Assembly: GCA_963822965.1 (NCBI GenBank)
Contig: CAWGJT010000006.1
Span: 480,001 to 544,000 of the forward strand
Source of the DNA: an uncultured delta proteobacterium
Lineage (GTDB): Bacteria > Myxococcota_A > UBA9160 > UBA4427
Length of the DNA stretch: 64,000 bases
Reading direction: 5' to 3'
Shown: positions 10,085 to 19,441 of the stretch, piece after piece
Layout of the letters: every line of letters starts with the position of its first letter
Numbering within the stretch: position 1 is the stretch's first letter
Notes under the pieces: model-generated
Databases searched by the model: none
What the model saw: the letters and a program-made list of their open reading frames with translations, nothing else
What the model was told of the DNA's origin: nothing
Program-made: the position numbers and the translations under genes

Positions 10085-11614
10085 CCCCGATCCGTCATAG
10101 AGAATCGCTTCCCAGACGTTGAAATGGCCCTGGATGTGTGGTTTGAAGGAGTTTCCACGCTTCGACAACCCACACAGACAAGGCCACTTCAGTGAGATCA
10201 AGGAAAGAGGTTTTGAGGACCCGCGTCAAGGGTCCGATGACGATCGAGTTCAGCGAGGAAGCGCTCTCTGCCCACGCTGGGCTCGAGCTCTTCGGCGGCT
10301 TCCTTCGCGCGGAGGGCTGGCTGGATCGGATCCGCGAGGTGTTCGCGGATCGGTGCTTCGACAGCGACTACGGCTCGTTCAGGATGACGCTGGTGGCGGT
10401 CGGCCTGCTGTTGCTCGGCGGTGAGCGGCTCGCCCACCTGGAACAGCTTCGGCTCGATCCGGTCTTCCACCGCTTCGCGTCGCTGTCGCGGCTGCCCTCG
10501 GAGCGGACCTTCTCCCGCTGGCTCAAGGACATCAGCGAGGGCTATCGAGACCGGCTGAGGGTCCTGCTTCGGGACGTGGCGTTCTCGACCTGGGCGCGAG
10601 GAGCGCTTCATCGGGTCACGATCGACGTGGACGGAACCGTCATCCGCACCGGCGAGTCAGTCGATGGGGCCGAGCGGGGGTTCAACCCCCACCACCCGAA
10701 AGATCCTTCGTACTACCCGCTTACAGCCCAGCTGGCGCAGACGGGTCAGCTGCTCGACGTGGTGAACCGATCGGGTCGAGTGAACGACTCGGTGGGATCG
10801 GTCGAGATGCTGGGTGAGCTGATCGAGGACGCGAGAAGCCGTGCTCCCGGCGCTCCGATCGAAGTGCGGCTCGACGGGGCCTTCTGCCAGAAGGCGGTTC
10901 TCGACGTTCTGGAGACGTCTGGCGTCGAGTACGCGATGAAGATGCCGATGTGGGAGTGGCTCGGGATCCTCGATCGGGTGCGCAGGCGCAAGACCTGGAC
11001 GCGCATCGACAAGCGGCGAAGCGCGTTCTCGACGGACCTCCGGATCGAGAAGTGGAAGCGCACGGTGCGGGTGATCGTGTACCGGAAGCAGATCTCGGGG
11101 AAGCCCGCGAAGGCGTTCCAGCTCAGCCTGTTCCAGCCCGACGACGGCTACTTCGAGTACTCGATGGTGGTGACGAACAAGGCCGAGTCGGAACGAGCCG
11201 TCTGGCACTTCATGGCCGGTCGTGGTGGCCACGAGAAGACGCTGGGCGAGCTGAAGCAGAACGTGGCGTTCGCGACGGTGCCGACCAACGACTGGGATGC
11301 GAACAGCACCTGGCAACTGCTCTCGGCGCTGACGCACAACCTCGCAAGGGACTTCCAGGTGAAGACCGGTCTCGCCGCATCTCGAAAGAACGGCCGCAAG
11401 CGCACCGCCCGGTTCGTGTTCCGGTCGCTGCGCACGCTGCGCTTCACGCTCCTGGCGATCCCCGGCCGAATCTGTCACCCCGGTGGCCGCCAGGAACTTC
11501 GGATCGTCGCTACGGGCCCGATCCGCAACAAGATCCGGCACATCGAGCAGCGGATCGCCGCCTGACCGCGCGCCGACTACCCTCGATCGGGCAGGAAACT
11601 ATGACGGATCGGGG
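10085..11614 (+). mobile_element. IS1380-family insertion sequence, 1530 bp
   Basis: Perfect 16-bp IRs CCCCGATCCGTCATAG (10085-10100) and CTATGACGGATCGGGG (11599-11614); CTAG on both flanks (probable 4-bp target duplication). Confidence 0.92.
10192..11565 (+). CDS. IS1380-family DDE transposase
   Basis: LSAHAGL, TIDVDGTV, GFNPHHP..SYYPL, VRLDGAF, RGGHEKTLGELK, HNLAR motifs. Confidence 0.92.
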   Translation: MRSRKEVLRTRVKGPMTIEFSEEALSAHAGLELFGGFLRAEGWLDRIREVFADRCFDSDYGSFRMTLVAVGLLLLGGERLAHLEQLRLDPVFHRFASLSRLPSERTFSRWLKDISEGYRDRLRVLLRDVAFSTWARGALHRVTIDVDGTVIRTGESVDGAERGFNPHHPKDPSYYPLTAQLAQTGQLLDVVNRSGRVNDSVGSVEMLGELIEDARSRAPGAPIEVRLDGAFCQKAVLDVLETSGVEYAMKMPMWEWLGILDRVRRRKTWTRIDKRRSAFSTDLRIEKWKRTVRVIVYRKQISGKPAKAFQLSLFQPDDGYFEYSMVVTNKAESERAVWHFMAGRGGHEKTLGELKQNVAFATVPTNDWDANSTWQLLSALTHNLARDFQVKTGLAASRKNGRKRTARFVFRSLRTLRFTLLAIPGRICHPGGRQELRIVATGPIRNKIRHIEQRIAA

Positions 11615-11621
11615 CTAGCAG

Positions 11622-11775
11622 CCTGACCCAAGACTCCCGTGGAAAGCCCTGGCGTCGAGGCGCGCCACTGGCAGGGCGCGTGAGGAGACCGTAGCGCGGC
11701 TACGGCGACGCAGCGCAACGCAGCCAGGCGGCGATGCATCGGCGTCAGGGCGGCGCGAGGTGTCTTGGAACTGAC
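11622..11775. repeat. Nested-palindromic dispersed repeat (REP/MITE-like), copy 1
   Basis: Starts CCTGACCCAAGAC; inverted arms GCCCTGGCGTCGA/TCGGCGTCAGGGC; core CGTAG-CGCGG-CTACGGCGA...CGCAACG. Confidence 0.65.
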
Positions 11776-11781
11776 ACCTCG

Positions 11782-13083
11782 CTAGCACAGCAGCGGCAGG
11801 GTCGTGGGCCCGCGCAGCACGGTGTTGGTGCCCCAGACGAGGCCCCCCTCGTCCCCGTCGAAGCGCAGGTCGGGGAAGCGCGTGACGAGCGCCTCGAGGG
11901 CAAGAGCCCCCTCGAGCCGCGCGAGCTTCGACCCCAGGCAGTGGTGCAGTCCGTGACCGAAGGAGAGGTGCTTCACGTTCTCCCGGGTGACGTCCAGCCG
12001 GTCGGGGTCCTCGAACTGCTCGGGATCGCGGTTGCCGGCGCCCAGCAGCAGCACCAGCTGCTGCCCCACCTGCAGCCGATTCGCGTGCATCGTGGACTCG
12101 CGCGTCACGAAGCGCGAGGTGAGCTGCACCGGCGAGTCGTAGCGCAGCAGCTCGTCGATGGCGCCCGGGATGCGCTTGGGCTCCGCGCGCAGCAGCGCGA
12201 GCTGCCCGGGATTGCGGAGCAGGGCCACGACACTGTTGGCGATGAGCTTGGTGGTCGTCTCGTTGCCGGCCACCAGCAGCAGCACGCAGGTGGTGAAGAG
12301 CTCGTCGCGCGAGAGACGGTCTCCCGCCTCCTCGGCCGCCACGAGCGCGCTCAGGAGATCGTCTCGCGGCGCCGCCCGGCGCTCGTCGGCCACCGCGGCG
12401 ATGTACTCCCCCAGCTCCTCCATGGCGCGGCGCGCCCGCCGGGCCTCCTCCCAGGTGTTCTCGCCCAGGGTCTTCACCGCCTCGTCGGACCAGCGGCGGA
12501 AGCGATCCTGGTCCGCGGCCGGCACGCCCAGCATCTCGGCGATCACCGTGATGGGAAGCGGCGCCGCGAAGTCGGCGATCAGCTCGAAGCGGCCGCCGCC
12601 GCGAGCCGGGACGGGCAGACCGTCGAGCACCTGCGCCACCACCTCCTCGATGCGACCGCGCATGACCTCCACGGCCCGGGGCGTGAAGGCCTTGCTGACC
12701 AGGGAACGCAGCCTCGTGTGGTCGGGCGGATCCATCCGCAGCATGGACGCTTCGCCGGTCTCGTACGGGTCGGGCAGCCCCTCCCGGCCCGCGCGCCTGC
12801 GCACCTGCGACCAGCGCGACCAGTTCCGCTCGTCGGCCGAGAAGGCCTTGTCGCCGAGCACGGTCAGGATGTCGTCGTAGCGCGACAGCACCCAGCCGTC
12901 GGCGGGGCGGCTGCGGTGAAAGGAGTCGATGGCCTGCAGCGAGCGATAGAGGGGATACGGATCGGCACGATACTCCCTGCGGACGGGATTGAAGACGACC
13001 CCGGTCTCGACGCGTTCGAAGGCCAGCAGGCAGGCCCCCCGTGCGGCGAAGACGGCGCGGTCGATGGTGCTGCGCAGACCCAT
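11782..13083 (-). CDS. Cytochrome P450
   Basis: DPPDHTRLR, I-helix AGNETT, ExxR (ELLR), heme motif FGHGLHHCLG; RBS GGAGG before ATG 13083. Confidence 0.97.
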   Translation of the reverse strand: MGLRSTIDRAVFAARGACLLAFERVETGVVFNPVRREYRADPYPLYRSLQAIDSFHRSRPADGWVLSRYDDILTVLGDKAFSADERNWSRWSQVRRRAGREGLPDPYETGEASMLRMDPPDHTRLRSLVSKAFTPRAVEVMRGRIEEVVAQVLDGLPVPARGGGRFELIADFAAPLPITVIAEMLGVPAADQDRFRRWSDEAVKTLGENTWEEARRARRAMEELGEYIAAVADERRAAPRDDLLSALVAAEEAGDRLSRDELFTTCVLLLVAGNETTTKLIANSVVALLRNPGQLALLRAEPKRIPGAIDELLRYDSPVQLTSRFVTRESTMHANRLQVGQQLVLLLGAGNRDPEQFEDPDRLDVTRENVKHLSFGHGLHHCLGSKLARLEGALALEALVTRFPDLRFDGDEGGLVWGTNTVLRGPTTLPLLC

Positions 13084-13130
13084 GCTCCCCTCCCAGACGT
13101 CAGCCTCTCTGTCCCTCACCCCAGGGACGT

Positions 13131-13146
13131 AGCAACCGGCATGCCA
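13131..13146 (-). promoter_or_regulatory. Sigma54 (-24/-12) promoter for the P450
   Basis: Minus strand TGGCATGCCGGTTGCT matches TGGCAC-N5-TTGC, about 48 nt upstream of the start. Confidence 0.7.
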
Positions 13147-13332
13147 TCTTCCGCGGCCCCGGACGAGGCCCTGGGCGGGCCCCGGTGCCCCAAATCGGCC
13201 AGCGGGTGCAGCATGGAGACCCGCGTGCAGCGAGGCGGCTGCAGCGGGGTCGCCGCCGGCACCCGGGTTGCCTGGCGCCGCCTCCCCTTCCATAGTCTCT
13301 CCGTGGCCGCGATCCGGCCGGGGAGGTTCTTC

Positions 13333-14301
13333 ATGAAGCGATTCATCCAGCACCAGGAGCTGGCGCGCGACCGCCGGTTCATCCGCCAGGAGAACCTCGC
13401 CGCCGACCTGCTGGCCAAGGTTCCCGACGACGTCGACGCCGTCGTCGAGCTGTTCGAGAAGATCGCCCCGATCATCGAGACGGGCGTTCGCGGCACCGCC
13501 GCCGAGCCCCTCTACGACCAGTTCGGTCCGGCCTTCACCTTGATGACCTTGAACGAGCCCATCCGGCCGAACGAGCCCGGCACCGAGGACCGGCTCAAGA
13601 TGCGCATGCACGGCATCTTCGTGGGCGAGCTCCAGGCCCTGGAGGGAGCCGGCCGCTCGCTCTGGGACTTCCCCGACGCGCCCTGGGAGTTCAAGATGAA
13701 CATGGCGCGCCAGTGCTGGGACGAGGCGCGCCACGTGCAGATCTTCGAGAAGCTGCTCGACCACGTGGGCGGCGAGGTGGGCATGTACGCCGAGAGCACC
13801 TTCCTCTTCGAGGCGGCCTGCGCGGACGACCCCGCTCTGCGCGTAGCCGGCGTAAACCGGGCCCTCGAGGGCCTCGCCTGCGACGTGTTCCGGGACAACA
13901 TCGAGTTCGCCAAGCAGTCCGGCGACGAGCTGATGGAGCAGTCCATGGACTACGTCCTCGCCGACGAGCTCACCCACGTGCGCTTCGGCAGCGAGTGGGT
14001 GGCCGAGTTCTGCAAGGACGACCCCGAGCGCCTGAAGGCCGCGCGGGAGTTCCGCCGGGACGCCGACCGGCGCTTCAACTTCGGCGGCGCGCGCTCCGCC
14101 GAGGCGGGTGCCGCCATCCCCATCGCCTGGGAGGATCGCAAGTACGCGGGCTTCACCGACGAGGAGCTGCAGGACCTCGCCACCCTCTCCGGCGAAGGTC
14201 CCAAGCGCAAGACCATCCAGCGGGCCGTCGAAATCCTCGTCGAGCGCTTCCAGAGCCGGCAGCGCGAGCAGCAGGGCGACGGTGCCCGGGAGACCGCCTG
14301 A
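13333..14301 (+). CDS. Ferritin-like di-iron protein (DUF455-like), complete ligand set
   Basis: HGIFVGELQALE...CWDEARH...ALEGLACD...ADELTHVRFG gives E/ExxH/E/ExxH; RBS GGGAGG. Confidence 0.8.
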   Translation: MKRFIQHQELARDRRFIRQENLAADLLAKVPDDVDAVVELFEKIAPIIETGVRGTAAEPLYDQFGPAFTLMTLNEPIRPNEPGTEDRLKMRMHGIFVGELQALEGAGRSLWDFPDAPWEFKMNMARQCWDEARHVQIFEKLLDHVGGEVGMYAESTFLFEAACADDPALRVAGVNRALEGLACDVFRDNIEFAKQSGDELMEQSMDYVLADELTHVRFGSEWVAEFCKDDPERLKAAREFRRDADRRFNFGGARSAEAGAAIPIAWEDRKYAGFTDEELQDLATLSGEGPKRKTIQRAVEILVERFQSRQREQQGDGARETA

Positions 14302-14302
14302 C

Positions 14303-14974
14303 ATGAGCGAACGGATGTACCCCGGCAGCGGCCGGGACGAGCGCACCACCTTCGCCCCCTACTCGGCCTTCGACATCCCGCAGGACCTGCGCGAGCTGTA
14401 CGGCCGCTACGACGTGGAGACCACCGCCCGTCGCGTGCGCAACTTCCGCTACGCCGAGGAGTGGATGATGATGATGCTCGGCGGCTGGCTCGCGACGGTG
14501 CCCGAGGTGCCCGTGAAGACGGGCTTCGGCAAGATCATCTGGGAAGGCGCCCGGGCCGCGGACGAGCTCGGCAAGCGCCTGCCCGAGCTGCGCTGCGGCA
14601 AGCGCGCCGCCGAGAGCTCGGAGGCCGGCAACCAGGCCTTCGCGGACTTCATCCAGGAGGTGGCGGGCCCCGAGAGCCCGGACCTCACCATCGAGAAGCT
14701 GACGGGCGTGTTCGACGTGCTGAAGCCGCACCTGGTGGACGTGTACGAGCGACACATGCGCGAGACGGATCAGATTGCGGACGCTCCCACCATCGAGATC
14801 CTGGAGGACATCGTCCGCAAGACGCGCCGGCACATCGCCTGGGGCGAAGAGGTGCTCGACCGTCTCTGCGACACGGATGCGAAGCGGCAGCGCCGATTCA
14901 CCCGCCAGCGCGAGCTGCGGGAGCAGCTCCAGAAGAGCGGCGGCGTGACCGGAGACCTCGCCCGGGACCACTGA
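14303..14974 (+). CDS. Ferritin-like fold protein with degenerate metal ligands
   Basis: RYAEEWMMMMLGGWLATVPE..K...IWEGARAADELGKRLPEL and RRHIAWG; starts 1 nt after the previous stop. Confidence 0.6.
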   Translation: MSERMYPGSGRDERTTFAPYSAFDIPQDLRELYGRYDVETTARRVRNFRYAEEWMMMMLGGWLATVPEVPVKTGFGKIIWEGARAADELGKRLPELRCGKRAAESSEAGNQAFADFIQEVAGPESPDLTIEKLTGVFDVLKPHLVDVYERHMRETDQIADAPTIEILEDIVRKTRRHIAWGEEVLDRLCDTDAKRQRRFTRQRELREQLQKSGGVTGDLARDH

Positions 14975-14999
14975 ACGGCGAGGCGCGGAAGGTGCTGGA

Positions 15000-15881
15000 T
15001 CAGCGCAGCCCGTCGTGGCCGTGCACGAAGAGCGGCTGCACGTCCAGCCGCGCGTGGGCGGCGCGCATCTCGTCGTCGCCGGGTGCGCCGCGGAAGCTCC
15101 GAGCGGCGTCCAGGGTGCGGCGCAACAGGGTCGGATCCGAGGCGGTGTTCACGAAGATGCCCGGCCGGGCGAGCGCCCAGTGGACGGCGCGCTCGATGTC
15201 CCCGGGATCCTCGAAGGCGTGGTACCAGGTGGTGGTGGTGCGCTTCTCGCCCTCCTGCCAGCGGCGCCGCGCCACCGCCTTGATGGTCTGCACGGCCACC
15301 TGGCGCTCCGCACACAGCGCGAGCAGCTCCTCGAAGCCCTCTGCATAGTCGGGTTGGGCCATCATCGAGAAGTTGTAGGGCAGGAGCACCGAGGCGAAGT
15401 CGAAGCGCTGGAGGCTGCGGAGGTGCATGCGCGCCACCCGCGTCCCATGCCCGGTGACGCCGATCCAGCGCACCAGCCCCTCGTCGCGAGCCTCGACGCA
15501 CGCCCGCAGCGCCCCGTCGTCGGAGAACGCCTGCTGCCAGCCCTCCTCGTCCGTGAGATTGTGGAGCTGGATCAGATCGAGCTGGCTCACCTGCAGCCGC
15601 TCGAGGGAGTGCCGGATCTCGTCGCGCGCGCCCGCATAGCCGCGCTGCCCGGTCTTCGTCGCCAGGAAGAAGTCCCCGCGGTGCTCGCGCATCCACGGAC
15701 CGACCCGAAGCTCCGCGTCCCCGTAGCTCGCCGCCACGTCGATGTGATTGATCCCCGCTTCCAGCAGGTCTTCGAGCACCCGATCCGCCGCGGCCTGGTC
15801 CACCGCGAAGAGGGCCGCCGCACCGAAGACGATGCGGGTGCTGTGATGGCCGGTCCGGCCGAAGGGCATCGTGGGAATCAT
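15000..15881 (-). CDS. Aldo/keto reductase
   Basis: FGRTG, GINHIDVAASYG, FFLATK, SLERL..DLIQLH, IGVTGH. Confidence 0.93.
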   Translation of the reverse strand: MIPTMPFGRTGHHSTRIVFGAAALFAVDQAAADRVLEDLLEAGINHIDVAASYGDAELRVGPWMREHRGDFFLATKTGQRGYAGARDEIRHSLERLQVSQLDLIQLHNLTDEEGWQQAFSDDGALRACVEARDEGLVRWIGVTGHGTRVARMHLRSLQRFDFASVLLPYNFSMMAQPDYAEGFEELLALCAERQVAVQTIKAVARRRWQEGEKRTTTTWYHAFEDPGDIERAVHWALARPGIFVNTASDPTLLRRTLDAARSFRGAPGDDEMRAAHARLDVQPLFVHGHDGLR

Positions 15882-16082
15882 GGTCGCTCCTCGCACGAGG
15901 ATTTCGAACCGCGGAGCATAGGCTGCCTCACCGCCGGTGTCCGTGGTCTCCCGGACGCTGGTAGCATGGGGGATTCGATCTCCACTCCCGCGGCCCCGGA
16001 GACACCGACGGCCGCCGCCGAGATGCCGATCTCCGGGACGGCCCGGGACGGAGCCCCCGGCGCCCGAAGGAGAGACCCCGCC

Positions 16083-16514
16083 ATGACGCCCCAGTCCGCC
16101 ATCTTCGGCCCCCTGCTCGCGACGATCTTCCTGACCTTCCTCGTCTGGGTGTACATGTTCGTCGTCCGGATCCGCTTCATCAACGGCAACCCGGTCCAGT
16201 CCGAGGACCTGGCCGTACCCGGCAGGCTGGCCGAGATCTCGCCGCCCTCGGTCTCGAATCCCTCGGACAACCTGAAGAACCTCTTCGAGATTCCGGTGCT
16301 CTTCTACGCGCTGGCGCTCTACCTCTTCGTCACACGGCAGGTGGACGCGACCTACGTGATCGCCGGCTGGATCTTCGTCGCCTTCCGCGCGCTCCACAGC
16401 GCGATGCACTGCACGCTCAACATCGTGATGGTGCGCTTCTATCTCTACGCGATCTCGACCCTCGCGCTCTGGGTCATCGCGGGCCGGGCGATGCTCCACT
16501 ACCTCGCGGGATAG
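16083..16514 (+). CDS. MAPEG family membrane protein
   Basis: DNLKNLFEIPVLFY, FRALHS, four TM helices. Confidence 0.88.
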   Translation: MTPQSAIFGPLLATIFLTFLVWVYMFVVRIRFINGNPVQSEDLAVPGRLAEISPPSVSNPSDNLKNLFEIPVLFYALALYLFVTRQVDATYVIAGWIFVAFRALHSAMHCTLNIVMVRFYLYAISTLALWVIAGRAMLHYLAG

Positions 16515-16518
16515 CCGG

Positions 16519-17022
16519 GTGCAGCGCTACTGCGACGTCCCCCTTCCGCGCCGGCGTTACGTACCCGGCCGGGAGCCACACCCGAGGCACCGGACCGACC
16601 CGCACCTGCCCGAGCTTCCGCGGGACGCGGCGCCGCTGAACGCCCGATCGTGGCCGGGATCCACCGCGTACCGGTACGCGATCGACCTCTTCAACCACGA
16701 GTACTTCTGGGAGGCCCACGAGGTGCTCGAGGGCTTGTGGGCGGACGTCGACCGCACGTCGCCAACGGGACGTTTCCTCGCGAGCCTGATCCAGCTGTCG
16801 GCCGGCCTCCTCAAGGAGTCGCCCTCCCTGCATGCGGGCGCTCAGCGTCTGCTGGCCCGAGCGCTGCCGGGACTCCGATCGAGCTCGCGGGTCTTCCTCG
16901 GCGTGGACGTGGAAGCGCTTGCACGGGATGTGCAGGAAGTGGCGTCGGGCCGACGCACCCATCCACCTCGCATCCGTCTCCTGCTCGAGGCGGCGCCCGG
17001 CCCCGAATCGCCCGGCGGTTGA
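16519..17022 (+). CDS. DUF309 domain protein
   Basis: YVPG..PHP and LFNHEYFWEAHEVLEGLW signature. Confidence 0.85.
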   Translation: MQRYCDVPLPRRRYVPGREPHPRHRTDPHLPELPRDAAPLNARSWPGSTAYRYAIDLFNHEYFWEAHEVLEGLWADVDRTSPTGRFLASLIQLSAGLLKESPSLHAGAQRLLARALPGLRSSSRVFLGVDVEALARDVQEVASGRRTHPPRIRLLLEAAPGPESPGG

Positions 17023-17163
17023 GACGCAACGAGTTCTTCCACCCGGGACGACGCTCGAGAACACCCCGCAAGGCGTCTTGCGGTCGGAGACGCAGCGACC
17101 CAGGCTTCGATTTCCCGCGCGAATTCGAGATGACTCGACAGCATGTGCTGTTATGCTCCGGCC

Positions 17164-17694
17164 GTGCGAAGGACCTCGTTCCGCGACTGGCCGTGCTCGA
17201 TTGCGCGAACCGTCGACCTGCTGGGCGACTGGTGGAATCCGTTGATCCTACGCGACGCCTTCATGGGTACCCGCCGCTTCGAGCAGTTCCAGCACAGCCT
17301 CGACATCGGACGCAACGTGCTCGCCGTGCGCCTGCGCCGCCTGGTCGACGAGGGAGTGTTCGAGAAGCGGAAGTACCACGAGCACCCCGAGCGCTACGAG
17401 TACGTGCTCACCGAGAAGGGCACGGACCTGTTCGGCGTCATCGCGACGATGATGCGCTGGGGCGATCGTTGGCTGGACGAAGGCGCGGGGCCGCCGGTGG
17501 TCCTGCGGCATCGCAGCTGCGACTCGGTGACCCACGCCGAGGTGGTGTGCGCCGAGTGCGGAGAGCCCCTGCGGATGCGGGATCTCCGGCTCGAGCCGGC
17601 CACGGGGCACCGGGCCGAGGCGCCGCCGAAGAGCCAGAGCCCGGAGCCGCGGGTCTCGAGCTGGCAGCGCCGGGACGGGTCCGGGGAGACCTGA
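17164..17694 (+). CDS. HxlR-family winged-helix transcriptional regulator
   Basis: CSIARTVDLLGDWW, RRFEQFQ..L.IGRNVL, YEYVLTEKG, WGDRW; GTG start inferred. Confidence 0.92.
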   Translation: MRRTSFRDWPCSIARTVDLLGDWWNPLILRDAFMGTRRFEQFQHSLDIGRNVLAVRLRRLVDEGVFEKRKYHEHPERYEYVLTEKGTDLFGVIATMMRWGDRWLDEGAGPPVVLRHRSCDSVTHAEVVCAECGEPLRMRDLRLEPATGHRAEAPPKSQSPEPRVSSWQRRDGSGET

Positions 17695-17786
17695 CCGCAG
17701 AGACCGGGGCCCGCGGGACCGGGACCGGGCTGCACGTTTCGCCTCCGTGCCTCCCGGCGCGGGCTCGCCCCGCCCCGCCCGGGCGC

Positions 17787-18557
17787 CTACTTGGCCTCGC
17801 GCCGGGCCTGCAGGTACCCGCGACGCGCTGCGGCACACTCCGGGTCGCCGAGGGCCGTCACCAGTCCGTCGGCGTCCGACCAGCTCCGCATCGTCCCCAC
17901 CATCTGGTCGGTGACGGCGTTGACGTGTCGCTTGGTCGAGAAGAGGGCATGACCGGCCTTGGCGGAGAGTGACTCCGCCAGGGACTGCACCGTGGCCTCG
18001 AGGTCCTCCGCCGGCACCACGCGATTCAGGAAGCCCGCACTCCGGGCTTCGGCGGCGTCGAAGGGCCGGCACGTGAGGACGAGCTCCTTGGTGAGTGCTG
18101 GACCGATCTCGCGCACGAGCCGGGGGATTCCGCCCCACGCCAGGGGAATGCCGAGGTCGACCTCGGGGATCGAGAACCGCGTTCCCTCGGCGGCCACGCG
18201 CAGGTCGCAGGCAGCGGCCAGCACCAGGCCGCCCCCCACGCACCAGCCCTGAATCGCCGCGATGCTGAGGGCGCGCATGGCCTCGAGGGCTTCGGCCATC
18301 TGGCGGCCGAGATCGGCCGCCTCCCGCGTCGACATCTCCTGAGGCCCCGTGAAGCTTCCCAGGTCGGCGCCCGCCGAGAAGGCCCGACCGGCCCCTCGCA
18401 CGACCACCACCTTCACTCCGGGCTGCGCGTCGAACCAGTGGGCGGCGGACGCCAGCTCCGACAGCGCCTTCGTCGAGAGCGGATTGAGCTTCTCGGGGCG
18501 GGCGAGGGTCAGGTGCCCGATGGCACCATCCGCTTCGACGCGCAGGGTCTCGAACAT
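17787..18557 (-). CDS. Enoyl-CoA hydratase/isomerase family protein
   Basis: LARPEKLN, AFSAGADL, GWCVGGG..LAAACD, IPEVDLG. Confidence 0.93.
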   Translation of the reverse strand: MFETLRVEADGAIGHLTLARPEKLNPLSTKALSELASAAHWFDAQPGVKVVVVRGAGRAFSAGADLGSFTGPQEMSTREAADLGRQMAEALEAMRALSIAAIQGWCVGGGLVLAAACDLRVAAEGTRFSIPEVDLGIPLAWGGIPRLVREIGPALTKELVLTCRPFDAAEARSAGFLNRVVPAEDLEATVQSLAESLSAKAGHALFSTKRHVNAVTDQMVGTMRSWSDADGLVTALGDPECAAARRGYLQARREAK

Positions 18558-18702
18558 GGCTCCTCCGACCTCGGCTGTGATCCGTGAGTGCGGGGAACGT
18601 AGCATCGCACCCACAGGCAGACGCCAGCCCGCCACGCTCGCGCTCGCGAGAACGGGTACCCTGCGCCCCCGAGCGATCCGTCACCGCGGAGGACCGTCCC
18701 CC

Positions 18703-19215
18703 ATGCGCGAGGCCCTGCCGCTGCGAGAACGGAAGATCGACGTCCTCTTCGTCGCCTTCTGGATCGTCAACCTCACCTTCATCACCTACGTCGTCGACCT
18801 CGAGCAGATCGTCATCGCGGACCCCCGGAGCTTCGAGTACCCGCTGTGGCCGCCGCCTCCGCTCGTGGACCTGGTCCACTGGTGGGGGACACACTTCGAT
18901 CCACTCCAGTACGCGCGGCCCCCGTGGTGGCGGGCCACGATCTGGATCGACGCGCTGCTGTTCGGCCCCTTCTATGCGGCCGCGACCTGGGCCTTCGCCC
19001 GGGGACGGGACTGGATCCGGAACCCCTGCCTGGTGTGGGCCGGGCTCATGCTCGCAAACGTCACGATCATCCTGTTCGAGGAGCTCGTCGGTCCGCACGC
19101 GACCCCCGCCCGGGGTGTCGTACTGCTGGCCAACGCACCCTGGCTCGCGATGCCCCTGGCGACGATCGCGCGGGTCTGGTCGCCGTTCCCGTTCACCCGC
19201 CCGACCCGTTCCTGA
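18703..19215 (+). CDS. EXPERA/emopamil-binding-protein family membrane protein
   Basis: Four TM helices with HWWG..FDPL..ARPPW, IWID..FGPFY, NAPW motifs. Confidence 0.65.
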   Translation: MREALPLRERKIDVLFVAFWIVNLTFITYVVDLEQIVIADPRSFEYPLWPPPPLVDLVHWWGTHFDPLQYARPPWWRATIWIDALLFGPFYAAATWAFARGRDWIRNPCLVWAGLMLANVTIILFEELVGPHATPARGVVLLANAPWLAMPLATIARVWSPFPFTRPTRS

Positions 19216-19257
19216 TCGGCTCGCACCCCCTCCCGGCGACGCACCTCGGTCCAGGAC

Positions 19258-19441
19258 CCTGACCCAAGACTCCCAGAGGCCCGGCCGGAAAGTGTACCGC
19301 GGCACCGAGAGCGTCATCCGCGGCGTCCTGGCAAGGCGCGCGACCGAGGCGTAGCCGAAGCTACGGCGACGGGAGCGGAACGCAGCCAGGGCGCCGCGGG
19401 GGCGCTCGAATGCAGGTCGCACTTTCCGGCCGGGCCTCTAG
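19258..19441. repeat. Nested-palindromic dispersed repeat, copy 2
   Basis: CCTGACCCAAGACTCCC head; perfect 20-bp IR 19275-19294/19420-19439; core GGCGTAG-CCGAAG-CTACGGCGACG...CGGAACG. Confidence 0.75.

Noticed and set aside
11734..14349. Two overlapping antisense 855-aa ORFs suggesting P450 or ferritin fusions
   Set aside because: Each is a real gene extended by the stop-free antisense frame of the other; RBS-supported starts are at 13083 and 13333
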